Below, in pieces: positions 1 through 11,387 of a stretch of DNA of 64,000 nucleotides. Under the pieces are notes generated by a model. That model made no database searches. It was not told where the DNA came from and was given only the letters and a program-made list of their open reading frames with translations. The stretch is from an uncultured Bacillota bacterium (GTDB lineage Bacteria; Bacillota; DTU025; MWDF01). The stretch lies in contig CAWGMK010000004.1 of the NCBI GenBank assembly GCA_963823655.1, positions 1 to 64,000 of the forward strand, given 5' to 3'. The stretch's first letter is position 1. Every line of letters starts with the position of its first letter. The position numbers and the translations under genes are program-made.

Positions 1-532
1 GTTCAGGTCCACAATCGTATTGAAGGGCAGCTCATCGTCGCAGATAAGCTCCATTTCCGCAACCAGCGCGTCGTAGAAGGCCTCCCCGATTACCGAGCTT
101 AAGTCCAGTTCGACCGGCGCCAACGCCGCTGTGCTACCCGAAACGTGCGGCAACAGCTCCCAGAACTCTGGGATTTCTATCTCCTTCTCAATCCAGAATG
201 GATCTCCCGTGGAAGTGCTTCCGCTATAAGAATCGAAATCGAGGTGGTCATACATCGTCCCTGACAGCAAATCAGCCAAAGTATCTATCTCCTCTGCGGT
301 CCTGGTTAAGTTAGTTACATCGCCCAATTCGTAAAATCAGGACATCCGGCCATTTCGGGATGAAACCGCTCATCGAGACAAGCACCTTTGCCGGCCCGCC
401 TTCCAGTCCGGCCACATAAACGTTGTAATCTTCCTTGCCAACTATCGTGAACCTTATAATGCAACCGGCCAGCGACAATGCAAGAAAGACCGCTGTTGCC
501 GCCAAAACTGCCCTTACAAGCCTCTTTTTCAT
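1..532 (-). CDS. Putative acidic lipoprotein, frameshifted near 330, 3' end beyond window start
   Basis: GAGGAGG RBS, MKKRLVRAV...LAGC lipobox; a shifted frame continues (…EIPEFWELL…ELDLSSVIG…) and aligns by eye with the paralog at 741-1393. Confidence 0.6.
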
Positions 533-649
533 GTCCCCAACCTCCTCACGCTTATTATTCGGCAATTAGACTATTCTATATTCGCAGTATTAATCCTCCA
601 GAGGTTGCCATTTCATCGTTCGATACTCAAGACATTGACCATTGACGCA

Positions 650-692
650 AATAAAACGGCCTGACTCGGACTTAAGTCCAAATCAGGCCGCC
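650..692 (-). terminator. Intrinsic terminator
   Basis: CGGCCTGA…TCAGGCCG inverted repeat with a T-rich tail on the minus strand. Confidence 0.6.
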
Positions 693-740
693 ATTTCGTT
701 ATTGGGTTATCTTAGTTCTTGTTTATCTGCTCAATTGAAC

Positions 741-1393
741 CTACGGCAACTCTACAAATGAGCCGTTGAGGAAGAAGGTTATAGTCATATCGCCGACTAG
801 CTTGTCCTTCTCTACGTTCACCAGCTCGCCGTCAAGGGTAAGCTCGACTACATTACCATTTGGTATCTGCGAGCAAGCCTGCTGGAGGCCTGCAACTACC
901 TGAGCGTACTGGTCCTGGCCAATGAGGGCGCTGAGGTCCAGGTCGGTGAAGGCGACGGCGGTTGATGCTCCGCCACTTCCAAGCATTTCCTTCCAATCGG
1001 GAACTGCGATAACGGCAGTGACTTTGAACATGTTGTCCAGCCCTAGTCCGTTTTCCTCCATCTCGATGCTTTCAAAATCATTATCGTCGTCGTTATATAA
1101 AGCATCATAGAGTTCCAGTTCTATTGTGTTTGCAAGCTCAGCGTTCGGATCGGCTTTCAAAGGCAGCGAAATAGTTACTGTTCCGGACAGCGCTACGGTG
1201 AGATGGTCCGGCCATACAGGCCACGGGCCCTTGATGCTCACATCGACCTTTATCGGGCCGTTGGTGATGGCTATGCTCGTAACATTGTATTCATCCAATG
1301 CGGTTACGTGGAATACCAGGTTGCACCGACCAGAGACATCCTCATGATCAGGACTACTGCAACGGACAATGCGCGAACCATATTCTTCCTCAT
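741..1393 (-). CDS. Putative acidic lipoprotein (paralog of previous gene), 1-nt frameshift at the lipobox
   Basis: GGAGGAGG RBS, MRKNMVRALSVAVVL…; restoring one base gives LVGC-NLVFHVTALDEYNV, joining ORF 741..1298. Confidence 0.6.
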
Positions 1394-1432
1394 CGTCAAA
1401 TCCTCCTCCGCTACGCTTAGTTGAATAATCTT

Positions 1433-1457
1433 ACGGGAGGCAAGCTATGCCTCCCGT
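1433..1457 (-). terminator. Hairpin/terminator after trxA
   Basis: ACGGGAGGCA…TGCCTCCCGT inverted repeat. Confidence 0.55.
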
Positions 1458-1469
1458 TGAGTCTCGTAT

Positions 1470-1796
1470 TTACTTAAGCAGGCCCTTTGCCTTGAAATCA
1501 AGCGTCGTCGCGGGCGTTACGCCCACCATCTTGTCGACTGCCTTGCCATCCTTGAAGTAGATGAGAGTGGGTATGCTCTGCACTCCGAACTGCTGGGCGG
1601 TTGTTACATGATCGTCCACGTTAATCTTGCATATCTTCACATCCGCGTTCAATGTTGAAAGCTTGTCGAGCTCGGGTGCTTGTATACGGCAAGGGCCGCA
1701 CCAGGGTGCCCAGAAGTCCACCAGGACGAGTCCCTTGTGGTCCAGAACTTCCGCCTTGAAATTGCTGTCATTGATCTCATGTGCCATTCGTATCAC
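1470..1796 (-). CDS. trxA: Thioredoxin
   Basis: DFWAPWCGPCR active site, SIPTL cis-Pro loop, about 105 aa. Confidence 0.97.
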   Translation of the reverse strand: MIRMAHEINDSNFKAEVLDHKGLVLVDFWAPWCGPCRIQAPELDKLSTLNADVKICKINVDDHVTTAQQFGVQSIPTLIYFKDGKAVDKMVGVTPATTLDFKAKGLLK

Positions 1797-1851
1797 CTAT
1801 CCTTTCTTATTAACGGTTTATTTAATGATTATATCATTACTAGTTTACAAA

Positions 1852-2592
1852 TTATACTTTGCAGGCATCCAGTTCTCCTGCTACATACATCACTGCCGCC
1901 CCCGCCGCGACTGGCGCCATCTCCGTTCTAAGTATCCTCGGCCCGAGGCTTAGTCAGCGCTCCCAGAGACCTTGGCATATCAGCCTCTTTCGGGCTAAGG
2001 CCGCCTTCAGGGCCTATTGCCAGGCATATTCGCCAGCGTTCCTGATGTCATCCTCAATATTGCGAAGCGATCTCACCTCTCATCTTCCCCAGAACATTGG
2101 GATCAGCGCGCCTCGCTTCGATGCGGCGACTGGAGCTTTGCCCAGCTCAACGACATCCTCGACCGCGGGCGCCTTCATACAGCCGCTCTGTCGCCGCTTC
2201 AAGTGGCCAGCTTCCTCCGTCTGGAAAGCTTTCCTTCTGAAACGTCCCGCCAATGCACTTTTCCGTGAGTGCCGGTTCGAAGGATGCGAAGCCTAGCTCT
2301 GTGCACTTCTCAATGATGTAGTCCATCTTCTGGCCCTTGGGCAGACCCTGAACGAGTGAATATAACTTGGAGGTCTCAGTGAAAAACCCCGAACTTGCGG
2401 CTTTTCCAGCATGACCGAGCCGTCCTCGAAACCAACTATCGCACAAGTCGCGGGCTCGCCCTCCGGAAGAACTATATCGAGCTTGTCTCCCGGCTTCTTC
2501 CTTAGGACCATCTGTATGTGCCTGGCATCCTCGCCCTCTATGGCAAGCCTGCCGCTATGATCCTTTGCCTTTACAGCGAAGAACCTCCTCAT
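1852..2592 (-). CDS. rsmE: 16S rRNA m3U1498 methyltransferase RsmE (several frameshifts)
   Basis: MRRFF…EDARHIQMVLRKKPGD, QGLPKGQKMDYIIEKCTELG, LSLGPRILRTE motifs across frames; follows prmA. Confidence 0.88.
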
Positions 2593-3528
2593 TTGCCGGG
2601 CTTCCTTGCTACAAGGCACACCCAGTCGCCCTCTTGCGCCCTGTCTACTATCTCAAGCCCCGAGCCCTCCATTGCCGATCTTACATCAGGCTCCGTCCTC
2701 TGGATGTAACCGGAAGTGATGAAGATTCCGCCTGGGCTTAAAAGCAACGACGCCGGTCCCGTCATATCGATCACGGGCCTGCCAGGATGTTCGCCACTAT
2801 GATGTCGAACGGGCCTGCCTGCCCTTTCAGAAGATCCCCTTTGCTGACCTTGACCTTGTCCGCAACCTTATTTGCGCTGACATTGTCAGAGGCGCACTTG
2901 ACTGCCACCTGGTCGATGTCAATTGCGACCACTGCTCCTGCTCCAAGCATCGCGGATGCAATTGCCAGTATACCTGTGCCAGTGCCGACATCAAGGACCC
3001 TATCGCCGCCTTTGATGTACTTTTCAGCATGTGGGCGCACCCTGCGGTAGTGGCATGCTGCCCGGTTCCGAAGGCCTGGCCTGGGTCTATCCTGATTACT
3101 AGGTCCTCAGGCAGGGCATCGGGTTTCTCCCATGTAGGGCTCACAAGCAGTTTGGATCCTAATCTGAAGGGTTTGAAGCTCTGTTTCCACCCCGACCATT
3201 CGGCTTCGTCAACCATGCGCACATTAATGCTTATTACATCCCGACCCGTGCTGCTGCAGTTTACCTCTTTGTCCAGCCTCTTTCTCATCTCGCTCAGAAG
3301 GGCTGCAAGCTCCGCCTCATCGTCCGGCGCGAAGAAACGCACGATCGCGTTGCCTTCCCTCTTCAAGCCCCCCAGCTCCAAATCAGAAAGCCCGCCGTCC
3401 CTCTTTGCCTCGTCTATAAGGGCCGGGTCTAGAACTGCAACTCCCGCCGGGGCGTAATCCGATGCGATCGACGCCACTTCCTCGGCCGCATTGCACTTGA
3501 CCTCTATGCTAATTTCTGCCCATCTCAT
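2589..3528 (-). CDS. prmA: Ribosomal protein L11 methyltransferase PrmA (two frameshifts)
   Basis: IDPGQAFGTGQHATT, VLDVGTGTGILAI, DIIVANILA, SG motifs in three consecutive ORFs; after dnaJ. Confidence 0.92.
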
Positions 3529-3533
3529 CTCGG

Positions 3534-4671
3534 TTATCTCTTCTTCCTTCCTAAGAGCCTGTCCAGCACGCCCTGCTCCTCGTTCACCGAGTAGCCGCCG
3601 GCCTGTGCAAGCTGCCTGTATAGCTCCTTTTCCTTCGCGTTGAGCTTATCAGGCGTCCTAACTTTTATAAGAACCCGCATGTCCCCGACGGCCCCGCCGC
3701 GGACATTGGGCAACCCTTTTCCCTTTATATTCAGCACTTTTCCGGTTTGCGTCCCGGACGGCACTTTCAGGTCTACATCGTCTGTGAGCGTGCCCACTTT
3801 CAACAACGCGCCGAGCGCAGCCTGGGGGAAGGAGATCTCCTGCTCCTGTACCAGGTCATTTCCCTGGCGCGTGAACTTCTCGTGCGGCTTGACCTTTATA
3901 TGCACCAGTGCGTCGCCCGCGTTGCCGCCCCTGGACCCTGCGTGGCCCTGGCCTGCGGCCCTTACAACCATGCCGTTGTCTACGCCTGCGGGTATCTTCA
4001 CATTTATCGTGGCGCTGCGCCTGAGCCTTCCCTGGCCGTCGCAATCGGGGCATGGCTCCTGTATGAAGCTGCCGGTGCCCGCGCACTGCCCGCAGGGCAT
4101 CACGCTCTGCATAGTGCCAAGGAAAGTCTGCTGATAGCTTCTCACCTGACCGGTGCCGTTGCACTTCGGGCATTTCTGCGGCTTGGTGCCGGGCTTCGCG
4201 CCGCTTCCGGAACAAGTGGCGCAACTTTCGACCCTGTTAAGTTCGAAGCTCCTCTCGGTTCCGGTAAGCACCTCCGACAAAGTGAGATCGGCCAGCACTT
4301 CTATGTCCGCGCCCTCGGCCGGTCCTCTCCTCTGGCCTCCACCGAAGCCGCCGAAAGCTCCTCCGAATGCGCCGCCGAAGAACTGGTTGAATATGTCGAA
4401 TGGGTTGACGTCGGAGAAGTCGCCGTTGCCGAAACCTCTCTCCGAATGGTCCCGTACTGGTCGTACCTGGACCTCTTCTCGGGGTCCGATAGTACGCTGT
4501 AGGCCTCGTTTATCTCCTTGAACCTCTCCTCTGCGCCCGGGTCCCCGGGGTTCGCGTCCGGATGGTGCTGCCTTGCAAGCTTTCTGTAGGCCGCCTTTAT
4601 GTCCGTATCCGCGGAAGTTTGTCGACGCCTAATACCTCGTAGTAATCCCTCTTGTCAGCCGTCTTGAACAC
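3534..4671 (-). CDS. dnaJ: Chaperone DnaJ (frameshifted)
   Basis: [10 protein letters not shown]…HPD J-domain, G/F-rich linker, four CxxCxGxG repeats, C-terminal domain. Confidence 0.95.
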
Positions 4672-4739
4672 CGCCTGTCGAATATTCTTGAGCACCGGGG
4701 GCATGATAAAGCCCAAATGCTCCTTATTGATTATCGAAA

Positions 4740-5781
4740 CTACTTTTCGAAGCTCGCCCTTTCGAGCAGCTCGCTGATGCCCTCGGCCATGAACCTTACC
4801 AGGGCGATCGCCTTTGAGTAATCCATCCTGGTAGGCCCGACCACGCCAATGGTGCCAATAACCCTGCCCGGCTGGCCGTAGCTTGCCGTCACCAGCGAAC
4901 AGTCACTAGCTCCTCAAGCCCGTTCTCGGAACCGATCCTCACATTTATGCCCGCCCTGTCTCCCGACATACGTTTAGCAGGTGCGCTTGCGATTCCAAGA
5001 GCCTTAGCACCGGCCTTGCGCGTTCTATCTGCTTGAACTCGGGCTGGTCGAGGAAATAGGCGATGCCTTCGGTGTGGACCCTCTCCTCAGGCTGGCACAT
5101 GCCGGAGCTGGTTAGTATCTCCAGGGCCTGGCTCACAAGGTCCGAATAGGCAGAAAGCTCTGTCCTGATGTTCCTTATGACCTGCCTTGTAAGCTCGGTG
5201 AACGACAAGTTCCTCAGGTGCTTGTTGAGTATTGCCGTGACCCTGTCCAGATCGTTCTGGCTGAGGGAGTTCTCCACGCTCAGGAGCCTGTGCTCGATTG
5301 CCCCCGAGGATGTAACCACTATCATCATTATGTCCGCGTCGCTTATGGTCGCCAGCTGGACATGCTTTATTATCCCGCATTGCATGCCGGGCGAAAGCAC
5401 CACTGCCGCGCAGTTGGCAAGCTCTGCCAGGACTTTCGCCGCCGCCCTGGACAGGGACTGTATTTCTCCCCTGCGCCTGGAGTATTCGGCAAGGACCCTT
5501 TGCATGTCGTCTTTCGCAAGGGGCCTGTCCTTCATAAGAACGTCTACGTAGAACCTGTAGCCCTTCTCGGAGGGCACCCTGCCGGCGGAAGTATGAGGCT
5601 GCTCCAAGTAGCCCTCGTACTCCAGGTCCGCCATCTCATTCCTGATCGTAGCGGCGGACAGCTCTGTCAGGTATTTCCTTGAAATTGTGCGCGAACCTAC
5701 AGGCTCTGCCGTGGATACGTAATCCTCGGTAATAGCCTGGAGAATGCCCTTCTTCCTGCTGTTCATCCCTGTTTCCGGCAT
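4740..5781 (-). CDS. hrcA: Heat-inducible transcription repressor HrcA (frameshift near 3' end)
   Basis: EPVGSRTI…SAATIRNEMADLE…QPHTSAGRVPS…GYRFYVD; GVVGPTRMDY C-terminus. Confidence 0.95.
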
Positions 5782-5801
5782 TTCGCGCCTCCACTGGGGC
5801 T

Positions 5802-5828
5802 TTGGCACTCTGCCTTGCCGAGTGCTAA
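5802..5828 (-). promoter_or_regulatory. CIRCE operator
   Basis: TTAGCACTC-N9-GAGTGCCAA on the minus strand (one mismatch) upstream of hrcA; TTGACA at 5857-5862. Confidence 0.93.
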
Positions 5829-5873
5829 ACATAAACTACAATAACACGGGGTAACATGTCAAGAAGACGGGGG

Positions 5874-7044
5874 CTACACGAGCTTGCAGAACAAGGAGTT
5901 GGAGAGCATAAAGCCCTTTTCGGTAAGTGTAATGTTGCCGTTGTCCCTAACATAAAAGAAGCCCGTTGGCCTTCCCCCAGGCGAGGGCTTTCATGTTTTC
6001 GTCGCTCAGTCGCTCATGGTACCTCTCCTCTATCTCGGAAAGGCTTGCGCCGGCTACAGTCCTTAGCGACATGATGAGCGCATCAGACATCGCCTTCGTC
6101 CTGTCGAGGGCCTCAAAGCCCTCCTCGCAGGATAAGCCCCGCCATCTGCGAGCCTTATATAATCGTCCGGGTCCTTGATATTCCAGGATCTGACCAGCTT
6201 CTCGGGGTCGTAGGAGTGTGCCGCAACGCCTATGCCAAGATAGGGCATATCGGACCAATAGGCCAGGTTGTGAAGCAATTCGAAGCCGGGTTTGGCGAAA
6301 TTGGACACTTCATATCTCAGAAGCCCCATGCCCTCCAGCCACTCTCGGGAGATATCTAGAAGGTCAGCTACGGTGTCATCATCAGGGACCTGTATAAGCC
6401 CCGCTTCCACCTGGGCTTTCAACGGGGTGCTATCCTCAAGGCTCAGCCCGTAACAGGAGACATGCTCAGGCCCAAGGGCCGCTATGCCCTTGAGGGTCTC
6501 GATGAGGCTGTCCGCATTCTGCCCGGGCAGGCCGACGATGATGTCGACGGAGACCGATCGGGGCTTCGCACACCTGGCGGCGGCGAAGGCTAGCTCCGCG
6601 TCCTCCGCAGAGTGTATCCTGCCAATCGATTTAAGCTCAGAATCCACAAGGGACTGCACCCCTATGGAGAACCTGGTTATGCCCGATTTTACGAGGCTTG
6701 ATGCGCTTTTGTGGTTAAAAGTGCCGGGGTTGGCCTCCACGCTTGCTTCAAGGGGGGCGCCCCAGCCAAGAGACGACATGCGGGAAATGGAGCCGGATAC
6801 GAGCCTTTCAAGCTCGCCGTCCTTCAGCATTGTGGGAGTGCCCCCGCCTATGAAAAGGGTCCAGCCCTCGAAGCCCTCGGGCCTCTCATAATGCCCTGCG
6901 GCCCAGCTCCGAGAGGGCCGCCGTTACATAGGATGCGGCAAGCGCGGCGTCAGGCCTGCCCGGGTAGGAAATAAAGGCGCAGTAGCTGCATTTTTTGAGG
7001 CAGAACGGCACATGTATGTAGACGCCAAGGCGCCTTGGGCTCAC
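5874..7044 (-). CDS. hemW: Radical SAM heme chaperone HemW (frameshifted)
   Basis: [36 protein letters not shown]…HNLAYW; position between lepA and hrcA. Confidence 0.9.
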
Positions 7045-8853
7045 TCCTCGTCCTCCCCTGCCGATAGAACAGCCATGAAGGCCTCCTGAGGAATCTCGAC
7101 GTTTCCTACCTGCTTCATCCTCTTCTTGCCCTCCTTCTGCTTCTCCAGCAGCTTCCTCTTGCGGCTGATGTCGCCGCCGTAGCACTTGGCCAGGACGTCC
7201 TTCCTCATTGCCTTTACAGTCTCCCTGGCGATGACCCTCGCGCCGACTGCCGCCTGCACGGGCACATCGAACATCTGCCTTGGGATGATCTTCCTCAGCT
7301 TCGATACCAGGATCCGTCCTCTGGACACGGAGGATTTGATATGGACAATCGAGGAAAGGGCATCCAGCGGCCTTTCGTTGACAAGCACGTCAAGTTTTAC
7401 CAGCCTCGCCGCCCTGTATTCCATCAGCTCGTAGTCCATCGAGGCATAACCTCTCGTCTTGCTCTTGAGCTTGTCGAAGAAGTCGTAGAGTATCTCTGCG
7501 AGAGGCATCTCGAACTGCATGCTTACCCTGTTTGGCGAAAGGAAGCTCATGTCCTTGTATATGCCGCGCCTTTCAATGGCAAGCGTCATGACAGCCCCAA
7601 TGTATTCCGAGGGAGTCAGCACAGTAAGCCTGACTATGGGCTCCGCTATCTGCTCGATCTCGGCGACTGAGGGCAAAGCTGCGGGGTTATCTATCCAAAT
7701 CTCACCCCGTTGGTCTTGGTCACCTGATAGATGACCGAAGGGGCTGTGGTGATGATGTCCATGTCGTATTCGCGCTCAAGCCTTGCCTGCACAATTTCAA
7801 GGTGAAGAAGGCCTAAGAAGCCGCATCTGAAACCGAAGCCGAGTGCCGCCGAGCTTTCAGGTTCGAAGGAGAGGGCCGCATCGTTTAGCTTCAGCTTCTC
7901 GAGCGCCTCTCTTAAAAGGCCGTATTCGTTGTTCTCGACGGGGTAAAGCCCTGTGTATACCATAGGGTGCACCTGTCTGTAGCCGGGGAGCGGATCTATG
8001 GCAGGGTTTGCCGCAAGCGTTACGGTATCTCCAACCCTTGAATCTGGACATGGTCTTTATCTGCGCCGCTATATAGCCTACCTCGCCTGCTCCGAGGCTC
8101 GAGCATAGGCTTCATCTCGGGTATGAATACGCCGACTTCAATCACATCGAATTCCATGCCGGTGCTCATCATCCTGATCTTGTCGCCGGGCTTCACTGTG
8201 CCTTCCATCACCCTGAGATATGTGATGACGCCCTTGTAGGGGTCAAAGTGGGAGTCGAATATCAAAGCCTTTAGCTTGTCGTCCTGGTCGCCCTTCGGGG
8301 GGCTTACGCGATCTACTATCGCCCTTAAGACCGCCTCCACGTTCTGGCCGGTCTTCGCGCTTATCCTTATCACTTCCGAGTCATCTATTCCGATAAGCTC
8401 GCAGATTTCCCCCGCCACCCTGTCCGCGTCCGCGTTGGGCAGGTCGATCTTGTTTACCACCGGGATTATCTCAAGGTTGTGATCGAGCGCAAGGTAGAGG
8501 TTCGCCAGCGTCTGGGCCTCTATGCCTTGTGTTGCGTCCACGACCAGAAGCGCTCCTTCGCAGGCTGCAAGGCTCCTGGAGACTTCATAGCTGAAGTCGA
8601 CATGCCCCGGAGTGTCGATGAGGTTCATAACGATCGGGCCTGCATCCTCGAAGAGGTTGCAGTCGATTCTCACCGGCTTAAGCTTGATGGTGATGCCGCG
8701 CTCCCTCTCAAGGTCCATCTTGTCCAGCACCTGCTCCATCATCTGCCGCGAGCTCATTGCTCCAGTCATCTCCAAAATCCTGTCGGCAAGCGTGCTCTTG
8801 CCGTGGTCGATATGTGCGATTATGCAGAAGTTCCTGATCATGGACCTATCCAT
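7041..8853 (-). CDS. lepA: Elongation factor 4 LepA (two frameshifts)
   Basis: [56 protein letters not shown]. Confidence 0.97.
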
Positions 8854-8939
8854 TAAGCACTTCACCTTTCCGTTCACATACGTTACCATCTTATTATCAA
8901 TGCTGCGGGCCGTCTGCGCAAGGTAAGCCCAAAAAGCGG

Positions 8940-8969
8940 TTGACTTAATGATGCTGTTGAAAATATAAT
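8940..8969 (+). promoter_or_regulatory. SigA-type promoter of rpsT
   Basis: TTGACT-N18-TATAAT. Confidence 0.6.
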
Positions 8970-9029
8970 TGTAATGTTAAATTCCCAGAGATATGTGATG
9001 ATGTATCCTTTCAAGGAGGTGAAGAACCA

Positions 9030-9302
9030 GTGCCCCGCAATATACAAGGTGAGAAGCGCAACCGCACTAACCGCGTTCGCGCATTGAGGAACGCTTCTAT
9101 AAAGTCCTCCGTGAAGACAGCAGGTCGTAGGGTCAATGAGGCAATCGCAGAGAACAACGTAGAGCTATCTGCAGAGAAGCTCAGCGCAGCCTACAGCGCC
9201 ATCGACGTCGCGGTCAAGAAGGGAGTCATCCATCCCAACCAGGGCGCCCGCCGCAAGTCAAGGCTTGCAGCTAAGGTGAACGAGACCACGAAGACCGAGT
9301 AA
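9030..9302 (+). CDS. rpsT: 30S ribosomal protein S20
   Basis: KKGVIHPNQGARRKSRL; AGGAGG RBS; convergent with holA. Confidence 0.96.
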   Translation: MPRNIQGEKRNRTNRVRALRNASIKSSVKTAGRRVNEAIAENNVELSAEKLSAAYSAIDVAVKKGVIHPNQGARRKSRLAAKVNETTKTE

Positions 9303-9315
9303 TTAAAAAGTTTAT

Positions 9316-9352
9316 CGAAATCCCCGGGGATGACCCGGGGATTTTTCTTTTC
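9316..9352 (+). terminator. Intrinsic terminator after rpsT
   Basis: AAATCCCCGGG…CCCGGGGATTTTT. Confidence 0.8.
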
Positions 9353-9373
9353 TTCATCATATCTTCATTCTTT

Positions 9374-10416
9374 TTAGCGCTTCACCATTGCGCATAAGTC
9401 AATTACTGCCGCCTCAAATGATGCGTCCTCACCCAGTGCCGTATCGGACAGGCCTGTGCCGCCCTTCATCTGCCGGTCTGCCTCGCCCAGTCGGATTAGC
9501 ATCTGCATCGCCTTTTCAGGCCCAAGGCGCTTTGCAAGGTTGACGGTTCGCTCCAGTATGAATTCCGGGGTCCTCAGCTCCCTTTCGGTTTTCACTTCCC
9601 TGACTGTGTCGAGAATCGAGCATCCTTTGGACAGCTTCTCCTGTATCGCAATCATAAGGCGAGTTCGGATGATATTGCGGCCAGCATGAGCTGATTGGGT
9701 ATCCTCGGTTCGGAGCTGTCCCGAAACTGCCTGACAAGGTGCATCGCCCGGGAACCGCCACCTGAGATTATTGCAGTTATCAGGTCCGATACGCCCTCGT
9801 GCGCCGCCTCGCCGATCGCCCGCCTGACATCCTCGCCAGTGGCCCTTGCAGTGGCATCCCCCAAATATGTGATAAGCTTGTCCACCTCTGAGGTGATAAG
9901 GGAAAGGTCCGTGCCCAGCCTTGAAATCAGCGCTGACACGCCGTCTGCGGTAATCTCCAGCCCCTTGGACCTGGCGTAATTCCAAAGGAACTCCTTGGCG
10001 TCCCTTTCGTAGACCTTCTTGCACTCCTTAAGCTCGATCCAGCGCGCCGTTTTAGGGATCTTCACGCCCTGAGGCGGGAATTTCTTATCTGCCCAGCTTA
10101 CCGACACATAAGTGCCTTCAGGCAAGGGGCAGTCGGAGCCTTGGGCAAGTTTTGCAACAAGCTCCTTGGCTTCAGCGGCTTTGAGCTCCTCGGCCCTTCT
10201 AATCACAACATGCCTGGCATTGCTGAAAAGAGAGCCTGTCATAGCCTCGCTGATGGCATCGGCTGCCCCTCCGTCGGAAGAGTCCTTGGAGACAAGCTCG
10301 GCGTCACCCAGAGATGATACGAAGGAGGAGACCTTCGCGATCTCCTCCTCACGGCGGAAGTCCTCCTCGCCGTATATGAAGCTTACCCTTGCGGGCACTG
10401 CCGTCGTCTTTAACAT
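9374..10416 (-). CDS. holA: DNA polymerase III delta subunit (frameshifted)
   Basis: YGEEDF, SLFSNARHVVIR, GTDLSLITSEVDKLITY, ADRQMKGG; next to rpsT. Confidence 0.82.
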
Positions 10417-10420
10417 TTGC

Positions 10421-11371
10421 TTAGCTCTTCAGCCCGGTTCTTGCGATTCCCTGTATGAACTGCTTTTGAGCTATGAAGAACAGCACGAGCAGCGGAACAA
10501 TTGCAGTTGTTGAGGCTGCCATGAGGAGATTCGGTTTCGTGCCGAACTCCTGATTAAAAGACGAAAGGCCTACTTGTATGGTCCTCAGCCTGGGGGAGTT
10601 CGTAACAATAAGAGGCCAAAGGAATGTATTCCAGCCGCTTATGAAGGAGAACAGCCCGGTCGTAATAAACACGGGAACGGCAAGCGGGATCATAACCCTC
10701 CACAGGTATTCGAACCTGGTGCATCCGTCTATCTGCGCCGCATCCCAGAGCTCGTTGGGAATGGTCATGAAGAACTGCCTCATCATGAATATGCTGAAAA
10801 CGGAGGCGATCCATGGGATTATCAGTGCTTTATACGTATCAATCCATCCGAGCTTGGCCACAATGACGTAATTGGGGACGAGGGTGACCTGCCCCGGAAT
10901 CATCATGGTGCCCAGGAAGATCATGAAGACTAGCTCTTTCCCCCTGAATTTCATGGTGGCGAACGCATAAGCCGCAAGTGCAGATGTGATCAGCTGCAGG
11001 ACCGTAGTGCTTATCGCGATTATGAAGCTGTTCATGTAATACCAGGGGAAGTTCGGATCCTCCCGCCAGGCATCGCCATAGCTTACCCAAAGCGTAGAGG
11101 CCAGCTTCTTGAGTTCACCCGTTACCGGCAGTCCCAGCTGCGCATTCTCCCTGTCTATGTTCCAGGCCTTTATGTACTCGGTTATCTTCCAGTTCTTCGG
11201 CACCCAGACAAGTTGGGCCGTGAAAGTCTCATCGGCGGTCTTGGTGGATGTCGTGACCATGTAATAGAAGGGCAGAAGCATGATAATCGCGCCTGCGATA
11301 AGCAATGCGTAGACTGTTGCCTTGTTTATCCTGACAGCCAGGCTTGGCTGGTTCCCTTTTAGCTTTGCCAT
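10421..11371 (-). CDS. Carbohydrate-type ABC transporter permease
   Basis: Several TM segments, EAA-like loop IPNELWDAAQIDG. Confidence 0.9.
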   Translation of the reverse strand: MAKLKGNQPSLAVRINKATVYALLIAGAIIMLLPFYYMVTTSTKTADETFTAQLVWVPKNWKITEYIKAWNIDRENAQLGLPVTGELKKLASTLWVSYGDAWREDPNFPWYYMNSFIIAISTTVLQLITSALAAYAFATMKFRGKELVFMIFLGTMMIPGQVTLVPNYVIVAKLGWIDTYKALIIPWIASVFSIFMMRQFFMTIPNELWDAAQIDGCTRFEYLWRVMIPLAVPVFITTGLFSFISGWNTFLWPLIVTNSPRLRTIQVGLSSFNQEFGTKPNLLMAASTTAIVPLLVLFFIAQKQFIQGIARTGLKS

Positions 11372-11387
11372 GCCGCAAACCCTCCTT

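Noticed and set aside
1852-10416. Many frameshifts in rsmE, prmA, dnaJ, hrcA, hemW, lepA, holA (and later genes) read as pseudogenes or programmed frameshifting
   Set aside because: They hit conserved or essential genes indiscriminately, each frame resumes with intact motifs, and no shared slippery site is evident. Sequencing indels are the simplest explanation.
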